DNA of 64,000 bases from Patescibacteria group bacterium (GTDB lineage: Bacteria; Patescibacteriota; Patescibacteriia; UBA1558; UBA10009). Under the pieces are notes generated by a model. That model saw only the letters and a list, made by a program, of their open reading frames with translations, had not been told where the DNA came from and did no database searches. The stretch covers positions 1,084 to 65,083 of the forward strand of contig JBAZSE010000001.1 in the NCBI GenBank assembly GCA_041662565.1. Reading direction: 5' to 3'. The translations under genes and the position numbers were made by a program. The first letter of the stretch is position 1; each line of letters begins with the position of its first letter. Positions 39,967 through 50,574 of the stretch are shown here, piece after piece.

Positions 39967-41097
39967 TTAAATAATTTGGGCTTTTATTGTCTCCAAGATG
40001 ATTTTTTCCGCTTGATCAATGCCCAAATCCAAAACAACAATAGCATTGTTTTTATCGCCAGTTGGATTAAATTGCTTAATTAATCCCAGGGCATTGGTTA
40101 AATTTTGTGTATGTAAAATCACTTTGGTTTGGTTTAAGCCAAGCTGATAAAATAAAATAATAATTTGTGAAAGCGGGCTGGAGGCGATTAGCTCTTCAAT
40201 AACTCCGGCAATGTCTTTTTCGGTGGCGCCGGATTCGGTAAAATCATGCAGATCCAATTTTGACCAGACAATTTTAGAACCCGCGTCCGCTTGCAAGCGC
40301 CCTAAAATTTTACCCCACAGTTTTAAAGTAGCAATGGTTTTGGTTTGATATAAGTGAGTGACAATTTCTTTGCGGTTGGCGCCTAAATTAATAAGTTCGC
40401 CGGCAACTTTTAAAGCGGCCGGATTAACCTGATTGGTTTTAAAAGATTTGGTTTTACTAATCAGTCCGGCCAGCAAACAAGTGGCCATGGCTTGATCCAG
40501 CAAGGTTGGCTGCCATTCATTAATCAATTGGTAAACAATTTCGGCGGTAGAAGCCCGAGTAACATCAATTAAATTAAAGTGGCCGTACTGTTCGTTAGCC
40601 GGAGAATGATCAATATTAATCACTGGTAATTGGTAAAAAATATCACGGTGAAAATCGTAAAGTTTGCCTAAGCCCTCAAGATCAGGCGTGTCCAAAGCGA
40701 TAATCAAATCAAAAGTAAATCGGCTGTTTTCCAGTTTTACATCATCAGCGTTAAAAACACCGAACTTTGGAGTTAAGTGAATCCTTAAATTATTGCCGGC
40801 AATATCGTAATTTAAGGCCTCAATTCCTGTTTGGGAAATATCCAAATTAATAATGAATTTTTTAAGGCGCTTAACTTCATTTTTAACTTCTTGAACAGCC
40901 GGTAAAAAGCTTAAATTATCGGGTAATTTAAAGCCGTTAATCACCACCTCGGCATTTTTATTGATTTTCTTTAAAAATAAAAAAAGAGCCAAGCAGGAGC
41001 TCAAGCCGTCGCCGGTTGCTTGCTGGCGAGTGGTAATCAAGATTTTCTTGCTTTGAGTAATTTGTTCCCTAATTTGTAAGGCGATATTTTGGGTCAT
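39967..41097 (-). CDS. DHH family phosphoesterase-like protein (degenerate motifs)
   Basis: GDGLSS, INIDHS, STAEIV; lacks C-terminal GGGH. Confidence 0.8.
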   Translation of the reverse strand: MTQNIALQIREQITQSKKILITTRQQATGDGLSSCLALFLFLKKINKNAEVVINGFKLPDNLSFLPAVQEVKNEVKRLKKFIINLDISQTGIEALNYDIAGNNLRIHLTPKFGVFNADDVKLENSRFTFDLIIALDTPDLEGLGKLYDFHRDIFYQLPVINIDHSPANEQYGHFNLIDVTRASTAEIVYQLINEWQPTLLDQAMATCLLAGLISKTKSFKTNQVNPAALKVAGELINLGANRKEIVTHLYQTKTIATLKLWGKILGRLQADAGSKIVWSKLDLHDFTESGATEKDIAGVIEELIASSPLSQIIILFYQLGLNQTKVILHTQNLTNALGLIKQFNPTGDKNNAIVVLDLGIDQAEKIILETIKAQII

Positions 41098-41278
41098 TAT
41101 TGAAGTTTTTTGGGCTTTTTACAACTGTTCAGCATGGATAACTGGTTATTCTAGCGGAAACCTTGGTTAATGTCAAGAAAAGGGGGCTTTATCTGCATTC
41201 AAGGTTTTTTTTGAATTAGCCGAGCTCAGCTCGGCATGGTTGACATTTTGGGCTAATTTTAGTAGTATTTACATTATT

Positions 41279-43303
41279 ATGAATGTAACCGAACTAGCCA
41301 GACGATTAAAAATGACAACCAGCGAGCTTTTGGCCAAATTGCCAGAGCTTGGTTTTGATATTGGCAAAAGAGCTATTAAAGTCAGCCCTGATTTAGTTGA
41401 TAAAATTATTTCCGCCATAGAAGCTGATCGCAAAAAATCCAGCGCCTCGGCTGTTGCGCAGGCAGTTACGGAAATTAAGTTAAGCGATAAAAACGGTTCA
41501 GCAGAGCCAAAAAAGGAATTTACAAAAATCATCAAAATTCCCGAAGTGATTATTGTTAAAGATTTTGCCGAAAAATTGGGTTTATCAGTGGTTAAGGTAA
41601 TTGGTGAGCTGATGAAGAACGGCATCATGACCAGTTTAAACGAAAGGATTGATTTATCTACGGCTACCATCATTGGCGAGGATCTGGGTTTTAAAGTAGA
41701 AGCCATGTCCGAAGATGAAGTTGCCGGAGCGCAGGTGGAAGTTTCTGATCAAAAACTTAAAGAGGTTTTAAAAAATATTAAAAGCGAAAATGCTATTATC
41801 AGGCCGCCGGTGGTGGTGGTCATGGGCCATGTTGATCACGGCAAAACCAAACTCTTGGATGCTATCCGCGAAACCAATATTATTGATCAGGAATCAGGCG
41901 GGATTACCCAGGCCATTGGCGCGTATCAAGCCCAAACCCATGGTCAACTTATTACTTTTTTGGATACGCCCGGACACGAGGCCTTTAAATCCATGCGCAG
42001 CCGAGGTTCCAAAATCGCCGATGTGGCCATTATCGTGGTAGCGGCCGATGACGGGCTTAAACCGCAAACCATGGAGGTTATTGATTTGGTGCAAAAAGAA
42101 CAATTGCCATTTGTGATTGCCATTAATAAAATAGATAAGGAAGGCGCTGATATTGATCGGGTTAAAAAAGAATTATCCGAGATCAATTTGATTCCCGAGG
42201 ATTGGGGCGGAAAAACCATTTGCGTGCCGATCTCGGCCAAAGAAAAAAAAGGCCTAAATGAACTTTTGGATATGGTGTTACTGGTGGCCGATATGGAAGA
42301 TTTAAAATCCGATCCCACGGTTAGGGCAATTGGTACGATTATCGAAGCCCATGTTGATAAAGGCGAAGGCCCGGTGGCAACCGTGTTAATTCAAGCCGGT
42401 ACCCTGCGTCCTGGCGATTTAATCGTAGCCGGGCAAGTGGCCGGTAAAATTCGTCTATTAAGGAATTTTAAAGGTGAAGATGCTCAAGAAGCTTTGCCTT
42501 CCATGCCGGTAAAAATTTTAGGCCTAAGGGAAGTGCCCAGAGTTGGGGATATTTTGGAAGTTACCGATGATAAAAAAATGGTTAAGGAATTGTTAAAAAA
42601 GGCCAGTTATAAAAAAGAGGCCCATGCTCGATTTGTGCAAAATTCAGCAGTTAAAGAAGAAGAGGGCGCAGTTGTACCAACCCTTAATTTGATTATTAAA
42701 GCCGATGTTTTGGGTTCGCAAGAAGCGATCGAAGAATCATTATCCAGGTTTGTTGATCCGGAGGTAAAAGTCAAAGTTATTAAAAAGGGCTTGGGCAATG
42801 TAACTGACGCCGATGTTTTAGCCGCCCAGGCCGGGTTGGCCATTATCGTGGCTTTTAAAGTTAAGAATTTTCCGGGAGTTGAAGAATTGGCCAGAGATAA
42901 AAAAGTAGAGCTAAAATATTACGAGATTATTTATAAATTATTAGAAGATGTTGAAGAACGTTTAAAAACATTATTAAAACCCGAAGTAATTAGAACCGAA
43001 CTCGGGCAAATTCAAATTTTAGCGATTTTTAGGACGGAAAAAAATTCCATGATTGCCGGTGGAAAAATTTTAACCGGTGTTATTAAGCCCAAAACCAAAG
43101 CCAAAGTTATTAGGGCAGGGGAATTTATTACGATGGGTGATTTAACCGAGCTTAGGGCAGGTAAGCAAATTGTTAACGAGGCCCATGCGGGTGAGGAATG
43201 TGGGTTTAAATTTATTGGTGAGCCGATTATTAAAGAGCATGATGTTTTGGAAGTATATCAGGAAGAAATTAAAGAAAGGCAATTGCAGGTTAAACATAGT
43301 TAA
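41279..43303 (+). CDS. infB: Translation initiation factor IF-2
   Basis: GHVDHGKT, DTPGH, NKID; start ATG 41279 just after TTGACA-17-TAGTAT. Confidence 0.98.
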   Translation: MNVTELARRLKMTTSELLAKLPELGFDIGKRAIKVSPDLVDKIISAIEADRKKSSASAVAQAVTEIKLSDKNGSAEPKKEFTKIIKIPEVIIVKDFAEKLGLSVVKVIGELMKNGIMTSLNERIDLSTATIIGEDLGFKVEAMSEDEVAGAQVEVSDQKLKEVLKNIKSENAIIRPPVVVVMGHVDHGKTKLLDAIRETNIIDQESGGITQAIGAYQAQTHGQLITFLDTPGHEAFKSMRSRGSKIADVAIIVVAADDGLKPQTMEVIDLVQKEQLPFVIAINKIDKEGADIDRVKKELSEINLIPEDWGGKTICVPISAKEKKGLNELLDMVLLVADMEDLKSDPTVRAIGTIIEAHVDKGEGPVATVLIQAGTLRPGDLIVAGQVAGKIRLLRNFKGEDAQEALPSMPVKILGLREVPRVGDILEVTDDKKMVKELLKKASYKKEAHARFVQNSAVKEEEGAVVPTLNLIIKADVLGSQEAIEESLSRFVDPEVKVKVIKKGLGNVTDADVLAAQAGLAIIVAFKVKNFPGVEELARDKKVELKYYEIIYKLLEDVEERLKTLLKPEVIRTELGQIQILAIFRTEKNSMIAGGKILTGVIKPKTKAKVIRAGEFITMGDLTELRAGKQIVNEAHAGEECGFKFIGEPIIKEHDVLEVYQEEIKERQLQVKHS

Positions 43304-43305
43304 TT

Positions 43306-43641
43306 ATGTCACAGCGCGCCGAACAGTTAGCCGAAATTATCCGCCGCGAATTGGATATTTTTTTAATTAAAGAAGCGGAAGTGCCTCGTGATATGTTTAT
43401 TACCATTACCGAAGTGGTGGTAACGGATGATTTGGAAAACTCTTTTATTAAAGCAAGTGTTTTGCCGGTTGATAAATCGGGTACGGCCTTGGCGTTTTTA
43501 AAAAGAAATGCCGGAGCAGCGGCCAGGTATTTAAGCAAACAAATGGTTATGCGCAAAGTGCCCAAGCTGGATTTTAAATTGGATGATTTTGCCTTAAAGC
43601 ATCGTAGCGTGGAGCGGGCATTAAATGAGGAGATTGATTAA
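43306..43641 (+). CDS. rbfA: Ribosome-binding factor A
   Basis: Follows infB; ITITEVVVTDDL, RKVPKLDF..D. Confidence 0.88.
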   Translation: MSQRAEQLAEIIRRELDIFLIKEAEVPRDMFITITEVVVTDDLENSFIKASVLPVDKSGTALAFLKRNAGAAARYLSKQMVMRKVPKLDFKLDDFALKHRSVERALNEEID

Positions 43642-43736
43642 ACCGTCGAGCTAAGCTCGACGGTTTTTTTATTTAAAGATTTGGTAGGGATATTTTTTTA
43701 ATTGATGTTATTTAAGTTATTTGTTAACATAATGTT

Positions 43737-45626
43737 ATGGAAAGACATTTTTTGGAACAATATAAAATTCAAGATAAGCCCGAAGCCAAGAAAGCTGCAG
43801 AAAAGCAGGTGCAAAGAACAGGCGAAAGAGAAAATTTTCAAGATCGTTCAAAACGCATAGATGCCTACATTGAGCGCTTGGAAAATGTTTTTTTAAATCC
43901 CGATCAACGTGTTCGCAAACGTAATATAGAAATTTTAAAACCAATTATCCATGAAAATGCGATTATTAAAACAGAGGATTTTCCGGAAAGTTATTTTGAT
44001 TATCAAAGAAGGGAATTAATAAACCGAGGCCTGGGCGAGATTGAATTAAACGACGATGAGAAACAGCAAGAAATCGCCCAAGTTCAAGAAGCTCAAGGTA
44101 AAAGTTTAGACGCCTGGATTGACCATCTTTCAAGCGATGATAGTAATTACCCCGCAGATATTAAATATTTTGCCATGCAGGGTATATTAAAAGCCGGAGT
44201 TTTTGATCAAAGCAACTATCGTTTTGAAAAAAGGGTTAAATCCACTACCGCTCCCTTTTATCAAATAGATCATGAAGCCCTTTCTATGACTCTTGGAGCA
44301 CTTAATGCCTGCCATCACAACGGGGATATTTCTCCTTATCCTAAAGAACTTCTTGATCTTATAGAAAAGAGTAAAGATTTTGCCAGTATGTACGCTGTGG
44401 CCATGCGGATTTTGGATCAAGAAGCGGATAAAGATAAGGCGCTGGAAATTACCCAAGGGGAGTGGCGCGTTTTTAAGCAGGGCAGCGATCCGCAGGAACT
44501 TGTTAAGGCCTTTGAGGGCAAGCGGGCGTATTTGTGCTTAGGAAACATCGGCGACGCGACTGGATATCTTAAGCATGGTGATGTACAGGTATATTTTTCT
44601 CACAATCGTGCTGGTCAACCAATTTGGCCGCGGGCAGCTATTGCTCTTAAGCCCGAAACAGGAGTGTATGAAGTGCGAGGCACCTATAATAAAAATGAAG
44701 ATGTAGATCCCGAAATTGCCCAAACCGATATCATCAAAAATCAACTCGCTCTTTTGCCAAACGGAGAATCTTTTGCCAAAAAAGATGCTGATATGAAAAA
44801 AGTTACCGAATTGGTTAAAAAACAGGAACAAGAAGTGCCTTTTACCAAAGACGAAATTCTTTTTTTGTTTGAGGTAAATAATCGGATTGGAGGTTTTGGC
44901 TTTAATGCTGATCCTCGAATCGCCCAGCTGCGCGAAAAAAGGTATTTTAATTTTGAAGATGATATGTCGGCAGTTTTTGGCTGTCCTAAAAGTCAAATTG
45001 CGCAAAATATCAATCAAATTACCGGCAGTACTAAGGTTTTTATCGGTAAATTAAAACCCGGAGTAATTGATAAATTACCCAAAGGCCTGAAACATATCTA
45101 CACTTCTTTTCCAGACCACGAAATACATTTGGAAAATATGCAAATCGGCGGCCACAATAAGGAAGAATTAACAGAGCTGCTGATTAAACGAGCAGGGAAA
45201 ATAATGTTTATTGCTAAAGAAATGATAGATAGTCCTGATTTTGTCACTTCTCAAGATGTTCAAACAATCAAGCTTGTCCGCTTGCGGGTTAAAGATTTAG
45301 GATTTATCGGCCAACCAAATAATGAGCAATTATTACAGCGAGCTAAATTAATGGGCCTGGATTTATGCCCCGCAGAAACCGCGCTCTGGTATTTAATAAA
45401 AAATCCAGATCAATTTTTTAAACGTTCTTTATCTTTTGCAATGAAGCCGATAGAAGACCGTGACAGGCAGAACATTTTTATGATCTCCGTGAGGGAAGGG
45501 CAAGTAAGACTCCTTTTTAATATCGGTAATCCAGAGTATATGCGTGATCTAGAGACCGAGTTTGTTTTTCGCCGTTTTGATAACCAAACCGGAACAAACC
45601 CGTTAACAAAAAAATCTAGCAAATAA
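43737..45626 (+). CDS. Hypothetical protein
   Basis: 629-aa ORF, no recognisable catalytic motif. Confidence 0.7.
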   Translation: MERHFLEQYKIQDKPEAKKAAEKQVQRTGERENFQDRSKRIDAYIERLENVFLNPDQRVRKRNIEILKPIIHENAIIKTEDFPESYFDYQRRELINRGLGEIELNDDEKQQEIAQVQEAQGKSLDAWIDHLSSDDSNYPADIKYFAMQGILKAGVFDQSNYRFEKRVKSTTAPFYQIDHEALSMTLGALNACHHNGDISPYPKELLDLIEKSKDFASMYAVAMRILDQEADKDKALEITQGEWRVFKQGSDPQELVKAFEGKRAYLCLGNIGDATGYLKHGDVQVYFSHNRAGQPIWPRAAIALKPETGVYEVRGTYNKNEDVDPEIAQTDIIKNQLALLPNGESFAKKDADMKKVTELVKKQEQEVPFTKDEILFLFEVNNRIGGFGFNADPRIAQLREKRYFNFEDDMSAVFGCPKSQIAQNINQITGSTKVFIGKLKPGVIDKLPKGLKHIYTSFPDHEIHLENMQIGGHNKEELTELLIKRAGKIMFIAKEMIDSPDFVTSQDVQTIKLVRLRVKDLGFIGQPNNEQLLQRAKLMGLDLCPAETALWYLIKNPDQFFKRSLSFAMKPIEDRDRQNIFMISVREGQVRLLFNIGNPEYMRDLETEFVFRRFDNQTGTNPLTKKSSK

Positions 45627-45758
45627 GTTTTTTTAAGTTGATTTAGATGGTTAAAGCAGATTAATTAAGTTGCCTTTAAATTAGGGCTTTTTTTGTTGCT
45701 AGGATTATCTTGACAAAAATCCATATTGGCATTATAATGCCGTGTTACTTATATATTT

Positions 45759-46727
45759 ATGTTAACCCATTTAGGCGAAATTCAAAAAATTAAAACAGCC
45801 ATTGATGGTGCGCAAAAGATTTTACTGATAGGGCACCAAAAACCAGATGGCGATGCGCTGGGCGCTTTAATTGCTATGGCCTATTTTTTAAAGCAAAATC
45901 GCAAGGATTATGCTCTTTTTTGTTTGGATCAACCCAGTGTGCAATATGAGTTTTTGCCGTTGCTTCACGAAGTGGGCTTTAACCCGAAAATTTTTAAGGA
46001 AAAATTCGATTTGGTTATTGTGTTGGATTCGGGCGATTTAACTTATGCCGGAGTAGACCAATTATTGCCTCAACCAAAAAATTACACCTTAATCAACATT
46101 GATCATCATGCCAGCAATGCTTTTTTTGGTGACATTAATCTGGTTTTGCCTACTTTAAGTTCGGTTTCGGAAATCATTTATCATTTGCTCCGTTTGTGGC
46201 ATTCTCCGATAAATAAAGAAATGGCCACTGCATTGTTAAACGGGGTTATTTTTGATACCGGTTCATTTTCCAATGCCGCTACTTCTTTATCGGTTTTGGA
46301 AGCAAGTTCTCATTTATTAAATTTAGGCGCCAGGCACAAAACCATTAATGATAATATGCTACGAAATAAAAGCTTGGGTTTGTTAAAATTATGGGGCCGG
46401 GCTTTTGAGCGTTTACAATACAATCCCAAATATCATTTGGCTTTTACCATTATTACCGCCCAAGATTTGCTGGATTGCGATGTGGCCACGGATGCCAGCG
46501 TTGGCTTAAGTAATTATTTTAATGAACTGGCCGGTGCTAAAATTATCATGGTTTTAACCGAATTGCCGAACGGTTTTATTAAAGGCAGTTTAAGAACCAC
46601 CCATGATGATGTGGATGTAGCCCAAATGGCCAAGCAATGGGGTGGGGGCGGGCATCGCAAAGCCGCCGGCTTTACTATCCCGGGAAAGCTGGTATATAAT
46701 GAGGGCAAGTGGCAGATAATTGAATAA
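45759..46727 (+). CDS. nrnA: DHH/DHHA1 nanoRNase/pAp phosphatase
   Basis: [30 protein letters not shown]. Confidence 0.88.
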   Translation: MLTHLGEIQKIKTAIDGAQKILLIGHQKPDGDALGALIAMAYFLKQNRKDYALFCLDQPSVQYEFLPLLHEVGFNPKIFKEKFDLVIVLDSGDLTYAGVDQLLPQPKNYTLINIDHHASNAFFGDINLVLPTLSSVSEIIYHLLRLWHSPINKEMATALLNGVIFDTGSFSNAATSLSVLEASSHLLNLGARHKTINDNMLRNKSLGLLKLWGRAFERLQYNPKYHLAFTIITAQDLLDCDVATDASVGLSNYFNELAGAKIIMVLTELPNGFIKGSLRTTHDDVDVAQMAKQWGGGGHRKAAGFTIPGKLVYNEGKWQIIE

Positions 46728-46746
46728 TCAAATAATAGGTAAACAT

Positions 46747-47322
46747 ATGCATTTAATTCCTACAGTTATAGAAAAATCAGCTAATGGCGAGCGGGCTTAT
46801 GATATTTACTCTCGCTTGCTTAAGGAGCGGATCATTTTTTTAGGCGATGCCATTGATGAAAATGTGGCCAACATTGTTATTGCCCAATTGTTGTTTTTGG
46901 CTTCTCAAGATGCTAAAAAAGATATCACTCTATACATTAATTCGCCGGGCGGTTCGGTTACCGACGGGTTGGCTATTTACGATACCATGCAATATATTAA
47001 GCCGGATGTTTCCACGATCTGCGTGGGCATGGCGGCCAGCATGGGGGCCTTGCTTCTTGCTGCCGGTGCAAAAGGAAAAAGAATGGCTTTGCCCAATTCT
47101 CAAATTTTAATCCATCAGGTGATGGGCGGGGCCGAAGGCCAGGCCTCGGATATTAAAATTAAGGCCGAGCAGATTTTAAAAATCAGAGATAATTTGAATA
47201 AAATAATGAGTAAGCATACGGGCCAAAGATTGGATAAGGTAGAAAAAGATACGGATAGGGATTATTACATGACGGCAGATGAGGCCTTGAAGTATGGTCT
47301 TATTGACAAAGTGGTCAAATAG
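46747..47322 (+). CDS. clpP: ATP-dependent Clp protease proteolytic subunit
   Basis: [31 protein letters not shown]. Confidence 0.97.
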   Translation: MHLIPTVIEKSANGERAYDIYSRLLKERIIFLGDAIDENVANIVIAQLLFLASQDAKKDITLYINSPGGSVTDGLAIYDTMQYIKPDVSTICVGMAASMGALLLAAGAKGKRMALPNSQILIHQVMGGAEGQASDIKIKAEQILKIRDNLNKIMSKHTGQRLDKVEKDTDRDYYMTADEALKYGLIDKVVK

Positions 47323-47331
47323 GTCTATAAT
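47303..47331 (+). promoter_or_regulatory. Consensus sigma70 promoter overlapping clpP 3' end
   Basis: TTGACA-17-TATAAT. Confidence 0.75.
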
Positions 47332-47388
47332 AATACCTTTAGATCATTTCACGTCATCTTTCTTCAATCAAACAAATAAGGAGCAGAA

Positions 47389-47982
47389 ATGCTTCAGGTC
47401 ATCATGGCGTTGGCTTTTATGGTCAGCGCGTTTGTGCAATCTTCTGAAGCTCAAACTTCAGATAATGCCATCTTCGGCAATTACGCTGGAGCTGGATTGC
47501 ACCGCTTGTATCATATCTACCCGACGTCTTATATAGACGGAGGTCACATCTGCGCCGGCATGGATACTACGGTAGGGCTCGGACGTGATGGCTGGATCGC
47601 CAAGATCGATGAAAACGGCAAGATCCAGTGGGAACGTTCTTATGGTGGAGTCAGGAACGACTACCTGAAGTTTGTCGCCATCTGCGACGACACCTCAGGT
47701 AAACCTACTGGTTATGTGGCAACCGGACTTACTCGTTCGTTTTCAGTCGACGAGATCGGCAAGATTTGGCTCATTAGGGTTGATCTTGATGGCAATGAGC
47801 TTTGGTCCAAGTCATATGACTTACCTGGCGAGGCCAGTGGCGTTTCTTGTGCCTATACTGGCCAGGGTTGGATAATCCTTGGGAAGTATCTTAAGTTTCC
47901 AGGTTCTAAAATCTGGATTACCGTCATGATTGAGGTAGATGAAAACGGGAAATTGCTCAACAGAAAGAGCTGGTCCCGTTAA
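47389..47982 (+). CDS. Secreted beta-propeller-like protein (W.R.YGG repeats)
   Basis: Signal peptide; KIDENGKIQWERSYGG, RVDLDGNELWSKSY, EVDENG repeats; terminator near 48007-48042. Confidence 0.7.
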   Translation: MLQVIMALAFMVSAFVQSSEAQTSDNAIFGNYAGAGLHRLYHIYPTSYIDGGHICAGMDTTVGLGRDGWIAKIDENGKIQWERSYGGVRNDYLKFVAICDDTSGKPTGYVATGLTRSFSVDEIGKIWLIRVDLDGNELWSKSYDLPGEASGVSCAYTGQGWIILGKYLKFPGSKIWITVMIEVDENGKLLNRKSWSR

Positions 47983-48097
47983 ACGTCATTTCTTCGATTG
48001 AACATTGGGGGCTTGCGCATTCGTGTGCGAGCCTCTCTTTTTATTTGACAACATTTTTACTTTTGCTATAATGAATTTACTTTGAAAATTTAGAGCA

Positions 48098-48269
48098 GTT
48101 ATCAAGAGCGCTATCTGTTAAGGGCACTGACCCGATGATAGCCGACAACCCGCCTCCGCTTACAGCTTCGGCGGGCAAGCCCCCTCTCTAGGTTTTTGAG
48201 AAAGGCATGCCCGACGTAGCGCAAAGCGCGAAGTAGGGTGCCAATTTCAGCCCAATCGGGGAAGATAAT
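48098..48269 (+). promoter_or_regulatory. SAM-I riboswitch with two REP-like insertions in P3
   Basis: TTATCAAGAG..AGGG..CTGACCCGATGA..GACAAC..GGTGCCAATTTCAG..GAAGATAA; promoter TTGACA-16-TATAAT at 48045-72; terminator AAACTCTTGCTCAAGAGTTTTTTT at 48280-48303. Confidence 0.8.
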
Positions 48270-48397
48270 ATAAAATAATAAACTCTTGCTCAAGAGTTTT
48301 TTTGTTTTTAAACGCCAGCCGGCCTTCCCAAGAAGTCCGGTTTTTGTTTAAGTACAAATTAATTCAATTTTTCATTCATCATCAATGGAGGAAGAAA

Positions 48398-48673
48398 ATG
48401 CCCAGAAGGCAAATTACCGTGACGGCTGTTCAGCCCATTGATCTGTCGGTCGGTCAGTTCGTTTCCTGTTACAATCAACCCACAGGCGGTGCGGTTGTAT
48501 TTAGAGATGGACAACCCATCTGCACCTGTGGCGAACCAATTGTTTGCATGAAAAGCGCGACCGATCCAGGTTCGGCAGTGGCTTGTTTGAGCATCAAACT
48601 GCACGAGGAGCAAAGTGCTACGATGCCTGACTATCAGCCGGATTGTCGTCGCCCTCTTCATTCACATTCATAG
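48398..48673 (+). CDS. Small Cys-rich hypothetical protein downstream of SAM riboswitch
   Basis: SD GGAGG then ATG 48398; 91 aa with CTC..C..C; terminator 48690-48722. Confidence 0.65.
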   Translation: MPRRQITVTAVQPIDLSVGQFVSCYNQPTGGAVVFRDGQPICTCGEPIVCMKSATDPGSAVACLSIKLHEEQSATMPDYQPDCRRPLHSHS

Positions 48674-49041
48674 GAAGAATATTCCTATACCCCGAATTCA
48701 CAAAATTCGGGGATTTTTTTTTGCTAAAAATTCTACTTGACTTATGCTTCAATATATGGTAAACTCTATTTACTAAATTATTAAAGATCAAGATTTTGGC
48801 AGTTGCTATTAAGAGATAGCTTGAGTAGTTTAGTGAAAGATAGCGATCAGTTGTCTTCAATAAATTTTGACTTAAATTCACTCAAACGGATGAGTAAAAA
48901 TCAGACTTATCAATTAACGCTTCAGAATTTCTCGCAAGCGCTAACAGGTTTTAACCAAACCGGTCTTATTTTATTCTTCTAAAATTCTCTTCATAATAAA
49001 AAGCAACTTTCAATATTTTGGCTGAAAAAGGATAACAGAGT

Positions 49042-50567
49042 ATGGAAAGTATTGTTTTAGTTATCGTCTTGGTGGCGGGTCTCGCTTCAGGCGGTTTTGT
49101 TGGTTATTATTTTCGAAAATTGGCCGCTGTTCGCGAAGTAAATTCCGCGGAAAGCAAAGCCGAAGATTTGTTAAAAAAAGCCAAAGAAAGGCAAACGGAA
49201 ATTTTATTGGAAGCCAAAGATAAGGCCATCAAAGTAATTGATGAATCCAAGCGTGAGGCCGAAGAAAGGCGCCAAGAGGTTAAGCAGTTGCAAGCCAGGG
49301 TGGAAAAAAGAGAAGCTACCTTTGACCAAAAACTGTTGGATTTGGAAAACAAACAGCAGGAGTTATATCAAAAGGCGGAAAAGGTGGAAAAAATCAAAGA
49401 AGAAATTACCGCCGTTAGGGAACAACAGTTTGTTAAGTTGGAAACCATTGCCGGTTTAACCAGAGAAGAGGCCAAGGAAGTTTTGTTGAAAAACACTGAA
49501 GAAAAAATTAAGGACGAGTTGGTCTTGCGCGTAGCTAAATTGGAAGGCCAATCTTCGGAAGAATTGGAAATTAAAGCCAAACAATTGTTAAGTACGGTAA
49601 TTGAACGTTGCGCTTCTTCGCACGCCGTGGAAACTACCACTACAGCCGTGACCTTGCCCAACGATGAAATGAAAGGCAGAATTATCGGCCGCGAAGGCAG
49701 AAATATTAAAACTATTGAACAGTTAACCGGTGTGGAAATTGTGGTTGATGAAACCCCACAAACCATTTTAATCAGCGGTTTTTCACCCATTAGAAGGCAT
49801 TTGGCCAAATTGGCTTTGGAAAAATTAATTTCCGATGGCCGGATTCATCCGGGTAGAATTGAAGAAGCGGTTGATCAGGCCAAAAAGGAATTGGCTACCG
49901 ATATTAAAAAAGCCGGTGAGTCCGCTAACCGTGAAGCCGGTTTGGCCGGCGTTGATCCGCGGTTGGTTCAGATTTTGGGGCGTTTAAAATACCGCACCAG
50001 CTACGGTCAAAACCAATTGGTTCATGCCTTGGAAGTTACTCATCTGGCTGCCATGCTGGCCGAAGAATTAGGTGCCGATGTTAACATTACTAAAAAGGGC
50101 GCTTTATTTCATGATATCGGCAAAGCGGTTGATCATGAGTTCAAGGCGGACATCCGGAAATCGGCTATGATATCTTAAAAAAATTTGGCATGCCCGAAGA
50201 AGTGGCTTACTGCGCGCTGGGTCACCACGAAGATACGCCCAAGACCTTGGAGTGTATGATTGTTAAAGTGGCCGATGCTATTTCGGGTGCGCGTGTTGGA
50301 GCCAGAAAAGATACTTTTGAAAATTATATCCAGCGCTTAACCGAATTGGAAGAAGTGGCCAATTCATTCGCTGGGGTAGAAAAAACTTACGCAATTCAAG
50401 CGGGTAGGGAAATTAGAATTTTTGTCCAACCCGATCAAGTTGACGATTGGCAAGCCACTAAATTGGCCAGGGATATTGCCGATAAAATCCAAGCCGACTT
50501 AAAATATCCCGGTGAAATCAGGGTAACGGTTATTAGAGAAAAAAGAGTTATTGAATACGCCAGATAA
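49042..50567 (+). pseudogene. rny: Ribonuclease Y split by 1-nt frameshift at about 50139 (or assembly error)
   Basis: TM, coiled coil, KH (KGRIIGREGRN), HD (FHDIGK); restoring one G gives DHEVQGGHPEIGYDILKKFGM joining the 50190 ORF (ADAISGAR, YAIQAGREIR). Confidence 0.9.
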
Positions 50568-50574
50568 TTTAAGT

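Noticed and set aside
48302-48397. Longer start for the Cys-rich ORF
   Set aside because: TTG lies in the terminator U-tract; SD and ATG at 48398 are better
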